Assembly (NCBI GenBank): GCA_031409655.1 | Contig: JANNXQ010000154.1 | Span: forward strand, 1-39,522 | Source of the DNA: Chthoniobacteraceae bacterium | GTDB taxonomy: Bacteria; Verrucomicrobiota; Verrucomicrobiia; Chthoniobacterales; Chthoniobacteraceae | Length of the DNA: 39,522 bases | Direction of reading: 5' to 3' | Shown: one piece after another, positions 18,463-27,261 of the stretch | Position numbering within the stretch: the first letter of the stretch is position 1 | How the letters are laid out: every line of letters starts with the position of its first letter | Position numbers and translations under genes: made by a program | Notes under the pieces: generated by a model | Seen by the model: the letters and a program-made list of their open reading frames with translations, nothing else | Told to the model about the DNA's origin: nothing | Database searches by the model: none

Positions 18463-18623
18463 GGTATGTATTAGGTTTTGGTTTCGTGGAGGTAGCAAAT
18501 GACTCAATCGCGAGCACCGGCCATCTCTTAGGCCACCGTTGACCCCAGAGTGTCGAATTTTATTCGCACAAAGGGGAAAAATGTTGGCGAATCCCTAGTT
18601 AGCCCCCGCCCCACGGATGCCAA

Positions 18624-19643
18624 CTAAATCGCTCCGAGCAACCCGCGATACAGGTCCAAATAGCGCGGGGTGAGGGCACTCCAGTGAAATTTTCCCCAAG
18701 CCCAGGCCGCGAGCGCCACCCGATCTTCCGGGAGCCAGGGGCCCGCGGCGAAGAAGCGCGTGAGTTGCGGATGCAGGCTTTCCACGGTCGGCTCGGCGAT
18801 GTAGCCTTGGTCGCTGCCGATCTCGTCGGCCCACGGGGTCGTGGTGGTAGTGAGCACCGGCGTACCCACCTGGCAGGCTTCGAGCACGGCGAGGCCGAAA
18901 TTTTCAGAGTGCGACGGCAGGCAGAAAAGGTCGGCCCCTTGAAAGTATTTCCACCGAGCTTCAGTCCAGAGTTCCCCGATCCAATCGATCCGCGGCAGAC
19001 GATCCCCGAGACGCGCGGCAAGGGCGCGCAGCTCGGCTTCATAAGTGGGGCTGCCACCCCCGACGATCACGAGCCGTGTGCGCTCCGGGAGCGTCGTTTC
19101 GGCGAGGGCGTGAAAGAGGAGATCGAGGCCCTTTTTCACATGGATGCGCGAGAGGAAAAGGAGCACGCGCTCCTCCGGCGCCCAGCCCAAGTGCGCCCGC
19201 GCGGCCTCGTAGTCCGGGCGCGTCTCGCCGGTGAGACCGAGCGGCAGGACTTCGACGCGGACGTCCGGGAGGAGTTCGCGGAGCCGCTTTGCCTCCTTCG
19301 GCGCGGTGGCGAGCACGGCCTTGGCACGGCGGAGGTGACGCTTTTCCACAGTGTGGTAGTAGGGCTCCTTTTTCCAGCGCTTGTGGTTCAGGGCCCACAA
19401 TTCCAGCATCCCGTGCGGCGAAATCACGCAGGGTATGCCCTCACTGGCAAAGCCGGCCGCGAGCCGGGCATGGGAGAACTGCCAGAGACCGTGAAAATGC
19501 ACGACGCTGCGGCCGCTCTTCGTGGGCATTTCCGCGCTCACTTCGATGCCCGCATCGAGGAGCGCGCGCCGGAGCGCTTCGATCGCTGCATTCAAGCCGC
19601 CAGCCCGCTGCGCCGGAGGTGGTTTGTAAAAGTGAACCTTCAC
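18624..19643 (-). CDS. Glycosyltransferase family 4
   Basis: VHFHGLW, VISPHGML, FLSRIHVKKGLD, PSHSENFGLAVLEA; GTG start overlapping the upstream TGA (GTGA). Confidence 0.92.
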   Translation of the reverse strand: MKVHFYKPPPAQRAGGLNAAIEALRRALLDAGIEVSAEMPTKSGRSVVHFHGLWQFSHARLAAGFASEGIPCVISPHGMLELWALNHKRWKKEPYYHTVEKRHLRRAKAVLATAPKEAKRLRELLPDVRVEVLPLGLTGETRPDYEAARAHLGWAPEERVLLFLSRIHVKKGLDLLFHALAETTLPERTRLVIVGGGSPTYEAELRALAARLGDRLPRIDWIGELWTEARWKYFQGADLFCLPSHSENFGLAVLEACQVGTPVLTTTTTPWADEIGSDQGYIAEPTVESLHPQLTRFFAAGPWLPEDRVALAAWAWGKFHWSALTPRYLDLYRGLLGAI

Positions 19644-20794
19644 GATGTTTCTGGAAGGGACTGGCGATACAGCACCTCGTAGTCCCGCGCCATCCTCGCG
19701 AATGAAAACTTCTCCGCCCCGAGCTGGCGCGCGGCAGCACCGATGGCCCGGAGCGCGACCGGATCCCGCAACGTGGAGAACCACGCGTCGCCGACGTCCA
19801 TGGCGATGGAGTTTGTTGCATCGAGGAAGGACATCTCGGCGAGAAGATTCGGCGTGATGGCGCAAGGCAGGCCGGCGGCGAGAGCTTCGAGGATCGCGAA
19901 GGCGAGTCCCTCGAACTCCGCGACGTGCAGGAAAACATCCCCCGCCGCGAGCAACCCCGGCGCGTCCTGCTGCCAGGGCAGGCGGCGGATCACGTGGCCG
20001 AGATTTCGCGCGGTCACCCAGGCGTCCCATTCACCAGCGAGTTCGCCATCACCGACCCACAGAAAGCGCGCGTGCGGCAGCGCGCGGTGGAGGCGTGCGG
20101 CGGTCTCGAGGAAAAGGAGCGGACGCTTTTGCGCGACCATGCGACCGACGGCGATGGCGAGCAGTTCGTCCTCCGCGATGCCGAGTTCCAGGCGCTTGGG
20201 AGCACGCGCGGCAGCGGACTTGGCGGCGTCGGGAATGGGGACGCCATTCGGTACGGTGCGCACGCGCGGGCCTTCGCCGAGGAATTCCTGGAGATCGCGC
20301 ACCCTGCTTTCGGGCGTGGTCACGAGGAAGCCAGGAAAGCCCCGCAGCACCCGGCGCGAAACGAAGTCGCGCGGACCCGCGAGCGCGGCTTTCAGGTAGC
20401 GAGCGGTCTGGGTGATGTGAATCATGCAGAGTGCGGGCAGCCCGCTCTGCGTCGCGGCTGCCACGAGTTCCAGACCGTCCTCGAGATTCTGCTTATTAAG
20501 ATGAATGACCTCCGGCGCGAGCGCGCGCCATTCGGCCGCGACTCGGGTCGCTGTCGCTCCATCCAGCCAGCTTGCCAGCGAACGCCCGCGGCGATCGTAA
20601 GTATTCGTGTAGTCCGAGCGATGGACCTTGCCGATCGTGGCAAAGGCCGCCGCGAGTTCGTCCATCCGCGCATGGCGCGAGCACCAGAGCAGGACCTCGT
20701 GGCCCAACTCAACCAAGGCGCGGGCAAGATAGAGCAGGCTCAATTCGCCACCACCGCGCGATCCGGAACTCGTGCTGACGATGAGGATCTTCAT
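19640..20794 (-). CDS. Glycosyltransferase family 4
   Basis: MKILIVSTSSGSRGGGE, VPNGV, VGRMVAQKRP, FEGLAFAILEALAAGLP; ATGA overlap. Confidence 0.92.
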   Translation of the reverse strand: MKILIVSTSSGSRGGGELSLLYLARALVELGHEVLLWCSRHARMDELAAAFATIGKVHRSDYTNTYDRRGRSLASWLDGATATRVAAEWRALAPEVIHLNKQNLEDGLELVAAATQSGLPALCMIHITQTARYLKAALAGPRDFVSRRVLRGFPGFLVTTPESRVRDLQEFLGEGPRVRTVPNGVPIPDAAKSAAARAPKRLELGIAEDELLAIAVGRMVAQKRPLLFLETAARLHRALPHARFLWVGDGELAGEWDAWVTARNLGHVIRRLPWQQDAPGLLAAGDVFLHVAEFEGLAFAILEALAAGLPCAITPNLLAEMSFLDATNSIAMDVGDAWFSTLRDPVALRAIGAAARQLGAEKFSFARMARDYEVLYRQSLPETS

Positions 20795-21858
20795 GCGGCG
20801 CACATCTCTCCGAGCACCTTCACCCAACGCTCCGCACCCCGCTCTGGGAGATAGTCCGGCGCCTTCTCGCGCGACGCGGCGCCCCAGCGCTCGATCAGTT
20901 CCGGCGCATCGAGCAACCGCTGCATCTGGGTGCGGAGAGCCTCGGCATCGCCCATGGGAAACGTCGCCCCATTCACGTCCGCGCGGACGAGATCGTACCC
21001 GGCGCCCACGGCATCCGAGCAAAGGACCGGCAGTCCCGCGCCGAGCGCCTGATTCACCACCACGCCCCACCCGTCGTAGCGACTCGGGAGCACGAAGACA
21101 TCCGCCCGTCCGAAAAATTCGGGCAGCGCATCGGGCGCCTGAAAGCCGGCATACTCGATCCGCGCGCGCACCCTTTCCGGCAGCGCGGCCAGCATCCCCG
21201 GCAACTCCGCCTCGCGTCCCACGAGCAGGAGCCGCGCATTTTCCCCAAGCGCGGAAAAGGCCGTGAGCAGCACGTCCACGCCTTTCCGCACGATCATCTG
21301 ACCACAAAAGAGGAAGACGACCGCACCATCCGCACGCCCACGCCTCGGCAGGGCGAGAAACGGTGCGAGGTCGCAGTGATACGGGATGGAAAAATGACGC
21401 GGCTGCGGGTACCGGATCGCGTAATCACGGCTCGCCACCGTCCCGATCCCGACAATCGCCGTTGCCCGCCGCAGCGGTGCCGTGAAGCGGTCGCGCACGA
21501 AATTTTGCCCGCTCAACTTCTCCCCCCAAAACGCCCAGCGCTTCCGCCGGAGGCTCGTGCGCATGAGCCACTGGCCGGTGGGTGAATTGACCATCGTATT
21601 CAGCACCACGACGTCCTGCTCGCGAAGATCTGGCAGCGGCCAATTGACGTGACAGCGAGCGGCACCCAGCGCGAACCAGCGTCCCGGCAGGATGCGCTCG
21701 AAGGACGCGAGCGGCTTTTCCGGCCATGGTGAATCGGGCGCCGCCGCTTCGAGATAGTCCACGCTCAACTCGACCTCCGGCCGCACCGCGAGCGCCGCGA
21801 AGAGATCGCGCTGATACGGCGACGGCACCACCGAGAAGAACGTCACGCGCATCTTCAT
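20791..21858 (-). CDS. Glycosyltransferase family 4
   Basis: VPSPYQ, FCGQMIVRKGVD, LPSRYDGWGVVVNQALGAGLPV; start at 21858 or 21852. Confidence 0.92.
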   Translation of the reverse strand: MKMRVTFFSVVPSPYQRDLFAALAVRPEVELSVDYLEAAAPDSPWPEKPLASFERILPGRWFALGAARCHVNWPLPDLREQDVVVLNTMVNSPTGQWLMRTSLRRKRWAFWGEKLSGQNFVRDRFTAPLRRATAIVGIGTVASRDYAIRYPQPRHFSIPYHCDLAPFLALPRRGRADGAVVFLFCGQMIVRKGVDVLLTAFSALGENARLLLVGREAELPGMLAALPERVRARIEYAGFQAPDALPEFFGRADVFVLPSRYDGWGVVVNQALGAGLPVLCSDAVGAGYDLVRADVNGATFPMGDAEALRTQMQRLLDAPELIERWGAASREKAPDYLPERGAERWVKVLGEMCAA

Positions 21859-21898
21859 CCACACAGAACACTCCGGCCCGCCGCTCGCATCCGCTGCA

Positions 21899-23485
21899 TC
21901 AATCGCCCCCCGGCTTCGGGACCACCTCCGGCGGCGCTCCGCCAAACCGCCGGATGGGCACTTGTCGCCCCGCCGGTCGGGGCTGCGCTTGCGGAGTGCG
22001 TCGCTGGAAAACCTTTGCCATCCGCACCACGCCGGCCTGCGCCGTATTCACGATCACAGCGGCCACACAGAGCGACGCGATGGTCGGCAGGACCGCGGTG
22101 GTGAAGGCGAAAAGACTGCGCATCGTAATCACGGCCGCAAAAAATCCCGACGCATAGACGAGGATCCCGATCTCCGAATTTCGCGGCGACGCCGTCGTAT
22201 TCCAGAAGCCCATGACCGCACCGAGCCCGAGGCCGACGACGACGATCGCGAGGAAGCCGCCCGAGATGTACGACTCGCCCGCAAAGGTCGCCGAGATGGT
22301 CACGCCCTCGTAACCCATGGCCTGCTCGATGGTCGTGCTCAGGCCCTTTGGTTTGTCCGGCCAGATCGCGCGCGGGATCGGCCGGATGAGCGCGAGATAC
22401 GGGATCTCCATGCCGAGGAAAGGATGCGCCCGCGGAAACATGGACGTGAGCGTGGCGATCGTTTGCAGATTGTAGTCCACGAAGACGTGCTTTGACTGAA
22501 GCTCACCCCGCTCGTGATACGTCCCGTGCATCCAGTCGCGAATGCCGTGCTCGCGGAACTGGAGCATGACATACGTCGCCGCCGCCATGGCCACGGCCGC
22601 GACGCCCGCGACCGCCAGCACGCGCGTCTGCTTTTTCGCCGGCGACCCAAAGGCAAAGGCCGCGAGGAAATTCACGAGATAGGCACCGAACACGTTGCGG
22701 GTGCCAGTGGCGAAGCCCTGAAAAAAAGTAAAGAGGAGGACCACGAGCACCGGCCCGAGGTGATACCACCGATACCGCTCCGCGCGCGCCAGCATCACCC
22801 CGGCGAGCGCCGGCAGCAGATAGAGCAGCAGCGTGAGTTCGGAGAAAATCGCGCGCCAATCACCGAGCTGACCCCGCGACCACGGCTGCGAAAAGCGCGC
22901 GCCGAGCAGCGACTGAAAGACGTTCACCGGATTCCACTCTGAGCAGGCCAGCATCCAGAAATAACCGAGCCCCGCTGCGAGCCAGAAGAGCCCGAGCAAT
23001 TTCCCGATCGGCACCTCGCCTTGCAGGAGTCGGGCGAAAGGCGCCTTTTTTGGCACCGGCACATGCCGCCCGAGGAGCAGGCTGCCAAAGGCGAGATAGA
23101 GCGCGAGGAGCCCGGAGTTCGTGGCCTCCATCGACGTCATCGTGTCGAAGAACGGCTGCGGAAAAAGGAATTCGTAAAGCGTGAGGTAGAAGAGCGCGAC
23201 GATCGCGAGGAGGTCGGCCCGGATGAGATTCCGCACACCGGCCCGCGCCTCGATCGCGATGCTGATCGCGAGACTGATGAGGATCCCGTAGGCCGCCTGC
23301 CGCGCGACGTGCGACGGGACCAGACCCGTGGCCAGGAGGGCCGTCAGGGCGATGCCGAAAATCGCGACGCCGGTCGCCGTCCAATTTGGCTTCGGGAAAA
23401 TGTCTGGCGCGCCGCCTTCCGGGTTCGCGGCAACCGCCGGACGCCGAGGCGGCGGCTGGGGACTACGGGACGGTCGGAATTGCAT
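21899..23485 (-). CDS. Polysaccharide polymerase (Wzy-like) multi-pass membrane protein
   Basis: About 11 hydrophobic segments; GTRN, PIPRAIWPDKP and GESYISGG are typical of Wzy/O-antigen polymerases; embedded among glycosyltransferases. Confidence 0.75.
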   Translation of the reverse strand: MQFRPSRSPQPPPRRPAVAANPEGGAPDIFPKPNWTATGVAIFGIALTALLATGLVPSHVARQAAYGILISLAISIAIEARAGVRNLIRADLLAIVALFYLTLYEFLFPQPFFDTMTSMEATNSGLLALYLAFGSLLLGRHVPVPKKAPFARLLQGEVPIGKLLGLFWLAAGLGYFWMLACSEWNPVNVFQSLLGARFSQPWSRGQLGDWRAIFSELTLLLYLLPALAGVMLARAERYRWYHLGPVLVVLLFTFFQGFATGTRNVFGAYLVNFLAAFAFGSPAKKQTRVLAVAGVAAVAMAAATYVMLQFREHGIRDWMHGTYHERGELQSKHVFVDYNLQTIATLTSMFPRAHPFLGMEIPYLALIRPIPRAIWPDKPKGLSTTIEQAMGYEGVTISATFAGESYISGGFLAIVVVGLGLGAVMGFWNTTASPRNSEIGILVYASGFFAAVITMRSLFAFTTAVLPTIASLCVAAVIVNTAQAGVVRMAKVFQRRTPQAQPRPAGRQVPIRRFGGAPPEVVPKPGGD

Positions 23486-24608
23486 GAGCGGCTTGGCTGC
23501 TGAGTGCAATAAGTGTGCGCGCGGGTTCCGTCCAACCGAACTTCCCCGCCACCCGGCGCGGATGCGCCGCCCACCAATCCAGCTCCGCCGCGAGGAGTTG
23601 CGCGTCGCCGACGGGCACGATGGAGCCATTGCCGCGGTGCTGGATGAAGTCCCGCCCGCCCACGCGACCGCTCACGATGACGGGCAGTCCGCAGTTCAAC
23701 GCCTGCGGCACGACGAGCCCGAAACCTTCCTCCAACGACGGCAGCACGAGCACCGAAGCCGCGCGAAATGCCGCCGCCAGCGTGGACTGCCCGACTGGCC
23801 CGTGAAAGTGCAGCGGCACCTTTCCTCGATAGGCCGCGAGGTCCCGCTCCACCTCACTGGATTGCACCCCATAGAAGTCCACGCGCCACTCCGGCCTGGC
23901 GATCAGCGTCAGCGCATCGAGCAGCGTCTTGAGGCCTTTGCGCAGGCAGACATTTCCCGCAAAGGCGATGCGGAAGCCCGGCGCGGGCAGCGTTTTCTCC
24001 GGATGAAAAACCGCCTCATCCGCGCCATACGGTACCAGCCAGATGCGCGCAGGATCGATCCCCTGCCCGATCAATTGCTCGCGCACCACGGTCGAGGCCG
24101 CGCAGTGCCAGTCGGCGAGCGCATACTCCTGCGCTTCGCGCTGAAAGTAAGCCTCATCGTAGGTGCAAAAGTCCGTGAGGCGCAGACCGACGCGCGCGTA
24201 TTCCGGCTCCATGATCCGCACCCACTCGCGCACCGGACCAGTCGCGTGATTGAGCACCGTCTGCACGCCGAGCTTCCGCGCGGCGCGGAAGGTTTCGAGG
24301 CATTGCCCGGGCATCCCATGGATGAAATCGCAACGCTCCAAATGGCGACCGACCCAACGATCGAAGCCGTGATCCTGCCAGAGAAAGAGACGGCGCGAGC
24401 CGGGCCGCAATCGCTCCGGCACATACTTCAGCAGGCCATAGACGACATTCGTCCGCAGACTGTGCGCCCGGAGCGGAAAGTTCGCGGCAGCACCGAGCTT
24501 CCAACGCGGATAGCCAGAGTAGTAGCAGCCAAGCGCACCCAGCCGCGCGAGCTGGAGGGCGAAGGGATAGACGTGGCACGGATTCGTCGCGGCGAAGGAA
24601 ATCTTCAT
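23463..24608 (-). CDS. Glycosyltransferase family 4
   Basis: VPYGAD, FAGNVCLRKG, LPSLEEGFGLVVPQALNCGLPVI; ATGA overlap. Confidence 0.92.
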   Translation of the reverse strand: MKISFAATNPCHVYPFALQLARLGALGCYYSGYPRWKLGAAANFPLRAHSLRTNVVYGLLKYVPERLRPGSRRLFLWQDHGFDRWVGRHLERCDFIHGMPGQCLETFRAARKLGVQTVLNHATGPVREWVRIMEPEYARVGLRLTDFCTYDEAYFQREAQEYALADWHCAASTVVREQLIGQGIDPARIWLVPYGADEAVFHPEKTLPAPGFRIAFAGNVCLRKGLKTLLDALTLIARPEWRVDFYGVQSSEVERDLAAYRGKVPLHFHGPVGQSTLAAAFRAASVLVLPSLEEGFGLVVPQALNCGLPVIVSGRVGGRDFIQHRGNGSIVPVGDAQLLAAELDWWAAHPRRVAGKFGWTEPARTLIALSSQAAHAIPTVP

Positions 24609-25585
24609 GCCGCGGCGTTGCCAAATTTCGCGCGCCACTCCGCTTCGTCCGCGATCGGCTTTCGCACCAGGCCCATCCAGGCCCGATAGCGCGCCCACGG
24701 CAGCGGCGTCCGCGCGGCGAGACAGCGCGGAACTCCCGCGAGAAATGCGCACCACCACTGCGGCTCGCGGATGGCCCACGTCCAACCCCGCGACCACGCG
24801 TAGCCGAGCTGCCGCACCGCGCGAAAGATCACGACCGCGAGCACCTGCGGCGCCGGACAGCGCAGGAGCACACTCCAGAGTTCATTGCGGGCGTGGCGTT
24901 GGTGATTGCGCAGTTCGCTCCGCTGCGAGGCCGTGAAGTGATGGCGGATGGTGAGCATTGTTTCGTGCCAAACCTCCCAGCCCGAGCAGACGCAGCGCAG
25001 GGCAAAATCGGGCTCCTCATACATGTGTCCGAACTCCGACAGGTAGCCGCCGAGTTCCACGAATGCCGCGCGGCGGATCGCCGCCCCGGAGTTCGCATAA
25101 CTCCCAGCGAAATGCGACGGGCCGAAATCCTGCGCCGTGAGCGTCGCTGGAAACTCGTCAGTGCGCTGCGGAAAGCTCACGACCGCGAGCCCCGGTCGGG
25201 TGGCAAAGAGGCGAATGACGTGCGCGATGAAGTCCGGTTCGATGGGATGGCTGTCGTCGTCGAGACTCAGCATCACAGCGCACGTCGTCGCGGCCGCCAG
25301 CTCATTGCGCGAAGGGATCGAGCCGAGCGCTTGCTCATGGACGATGACGCGCACTTTCGGAAAATCTGCGCGCAGCATTTCCAGCGTACCGTCCGTGCAG
25401 CCATCGGCAGCCACGAGCACTTCGTCCGGCTGCGGTGCGAGTCGCGCGATCTCGGCGAGGGTCCGCGCCAGTTCCTCACAACGATTGCGCGTGGCGATGC
25501 AGATGGCCAAGGAGTAGGGGCGCCCTCGCCCCGAGGTTGAATCTTGGGGCGAGGGCGCCCCAACTCCCTGTTCAGCGTCGCTCAT
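24605..25585 (-). CDS. Glycosyltransferase family 2 (N-terminus contains an in-frame REP doublet)
   Basis: ICIATRNR, ADGCTDGT, SLDDD (DxD), YEEPDFALR; the ATG overlaps the end of the upstream acyltransferase by 14 nt. Confidence 0.9.
   Translation of the reverse strand: MSDAEQGVGAPSPQDSTSGRGRPYSLAICIATRNRCEELARTLAEIARLAPQPDEVLVAADGCTDGTLEMLRADFPKVRVIVHEQALGSIPSRNELAAATTCAVMLSLDDDSHPIEPDFIAHVIRLFATRPGLAVVSFPQRTDEFPATLTAQDFGPSHFAGSYANSGAAIRRAAFVELGGYLSEFGHMYEEPDFALRCVCSGWEVWHETMLTIRHHFTASQRSELRNHQRHARNELWSVLLRCPAPQVLAVVIFRAVRQLGYAWSRGWTWAIREPQWWCAFLAGVPRCLAARTPLPWARYRAWMGLVRKPIADEAEWRAKFGNAAA
25508..25570. repeat. REP doublet (REPIN-like palindrome), family A copy 2, intragenic
   Basis: CAAGGAGTAGGGGCGCCCTCGCCCCGAGG-TTGAA-TCTTGGGGCGAGGGCGCCCCAACTCCCTG; GTAG followed by a GGGGCG/CGCCCC hairpin. 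Confidence 0.9.
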
Positions 25586-26132
25586 CTTCCAGCGTTCTGA
25601 TCACCCGCGCCGGACTGCCCACGGCCACGCTGCGCGCCGGCACATCTTTCGTCACCACACTCCCCGCACCGATGACGGCCCCTTCCCCGATCGTCACTCC
25701 TTTAAGCACCGTGACACGCGCGCCGAGCCAGCAGCGCGCGCCGATCCGCGTCGGCCGGGAAACCAGCGGGAGCGCGCCCGGCGCGGCGCTCGCGCTGAGT
25801 TCGTGATCGTGATCCGTGAGGTAACACCCCGGCCCGATCATCGCTTCGTCACCGATTTCGATAACCTTGCTGGCGTCGATGAAAGTGCCGCGATTCAGAT
25901 ACACGCGCTTCCCGATGGAGATGCGGGCGTTGTCATTCGTCGCGAGGAGGACGAGGCCACGGTCGAGCATCGCGCCCTCGCCGAGCGTGATCGCGCGCAT
26001 CCGGAGCGGCCACTCGATCGCCTGAATCCAGCAGTGTCCGTCGATCTTCATCCCGAGGAGACGGAACAGGAACACGCGCCCTCGCGACGTGGCGCTCTGC
26101 CAGATTTTGCGGAGGCGAAAGTTCAGGTCCAT
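25572..26132 (-). CDS. Hexapeptide-repeat (LbH) sugar O-acyltransferase
   Basis: IGDEAMIGPGCYLTDHDH, IGARCWLGARVTVLKGVTIGEGAVIGAGSVVTKDVP...GSPARVIR. Confidence 0.92.
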   Translation of the reverse strand: MDLNFRLRKIWQSATSRGRVFLFRLLGMKIDGHCWIQAIEWPLRMRAITLGEGAMLDRGLVLLATNDNARISIGKRVYLNRGTFIDASKVIEIGDEAMIGPGCYLTDHDHELSASAAPGALPLVSRPTRIGARCWLGARVTVLKGVTIGEGAVIGAGSVVTKDVPARSVAVGSPARVIRTLEDERR

Positions 26133-27016
26133 GTGCCGATGAGACTTTCCCGCCACCGCGGCGCGCGCTGCCGCAGGATGGCCAGCGAGGCAAAGGCCCG
26201 ATGCAGCAGCAGCTTCAGCGTGAGCATGGGCTCGCGCAGGTGGAGGATGTCGCGCGCGATCATCCGCTGATGCCGCATCCGCATGCGCATGAGTTCACGC
26301 ACATTCCTTTTGAAAATGCTCGTCGCGTCGCGGTGCTCAAAGGTCGCGGTGCGATGAAAGTAGAGTTGATGGGTGCGACCAATGCGCGCGGAGACATGCA
26401 CGTCCTCCATAAAGCTATAGCCCTCGAATTGCGGGAATCTTTCCCGGCGAAAAAGTGCGGTGCGATAGAAGACGCACGTCGAGTTCAGCCAATCGGCGGG
26501 GATGAGGTCGTCGTCCGCTTCGGTGTAGCTGGGCAGGCAATTGATCCCCGGTCCGAAAAGTTTCCCGCCATACGTGGGGTGCGAGTAGCCGGCCTGCAGC
26601 CGGTAATACCACCAGAGCAGCCCGCGCGGCGGCGGATGCTGCAGCCCAGCGATGCGCGCGGCCACGCCGCCGATGCGCTCGTCGGCATCGCGCTCAAAGA
26701 CGGCGCAGAGCTGCGCGAGCGTGGTGGGCGGCACGAAGACATCGTCGTCGAGGAATGCCACGAGCGGCGTCATGGCGCGGCTGGCGCCGGTGTTCCGCTG
26801 GAGCGCCGCGCTCGGCAGGGTGGAGCGCTCGTAGAGCACGGGCAGGCGTTCGCGGAACTGCTCGGCGACGGCGCACGTCCGATCGTCCGGCGATGCATCC
26901 ACGACCACGACGAGCGCCGGCCGCCGCGTCTGCGCGGCTAGACTTTCCAGAGTCGCCCGCAACTCCTCCGGACGCTCGAAGGTCGCGATAATGACGCTGT
27001 AGGCGAGTGAACTCAC
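26123..27016 (-). CDS. Glycosyltransferase family 2
   Basis: SVIIATFERP, VVVDAS, QRNTG, AFLDDD, MEDVHVS; GTG start. Confidence 0.9.
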   Translation of the reverse strand: MSSLAYSVIIATFERPEELRATLESLAAQTRRPALVVVVDASPDDRTCAVAEQFRERLPVLYERSTLPSAALQRNTGASRAMTPLVAFLDDDVFVPPTTLAQLCAVFERDADERIGGVAARIAGLQHPPPRGLLWWYYRLQAGYSHPTYGGKLFGPGINCLPSYTEADDDLIPADWLNSTCVFYRTALFRRERFPQFEGYSFMEDVHVSARIGRTHQLYFHRTATFEHRDATSIFKRNVRELMRMRMRHQRMIARDILHLREPMLTLKLLLHRAFASLAILRQRAPRWRESLIGTWT

Positions 27017-27258
27017 GGGCGGACGGCGGCGGAACTCCGGGGAGCATCCGCGTCCCGCGGGTTGGTCTCGGCGTCCCGCCGAGACGGACTTTCAAAGGCA
27101 TTCGATATCCGGAACGTGCCTGCGCTGCAGCGACCCGATGGAAGTTCGCTTCGGCGGGACGCCGAAGCCAACACGCGGGACGCGTATGCTCCCCGGACTC
27201 CCGTCACGGTCGCCCTCGTGCTTTTTGGAAAAACTCCCGCTGACGCATTCATGCCCAT
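27013..27258 (-). CDS. Small REP-derived ORF (81 aa), possibly translated within the operon
   Basis: ATG 3 nt after the upstream stop; its TGA overlaps the downstream GTG; most of the ORF is the 27036-27197 palindrome. Confidence 0.35.
   Translation of the reverse strand: MGMNASAGVFPKSTRATVTGVRGAYASRVLASASRRSELPSGRCSAGTFRISNAFESPSRRDAETNPRDADAPRSSAAVRP
27036..27197. repeat. Large REP-like inverted doublet, family B
   Basis: 57-bp arms at 27036-27092 and 27141-27197 are near-perfect reverse complements; each arm contains two internal hairpins. Confidence 0.88.
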
Positions 27259-27261
27259 TGC

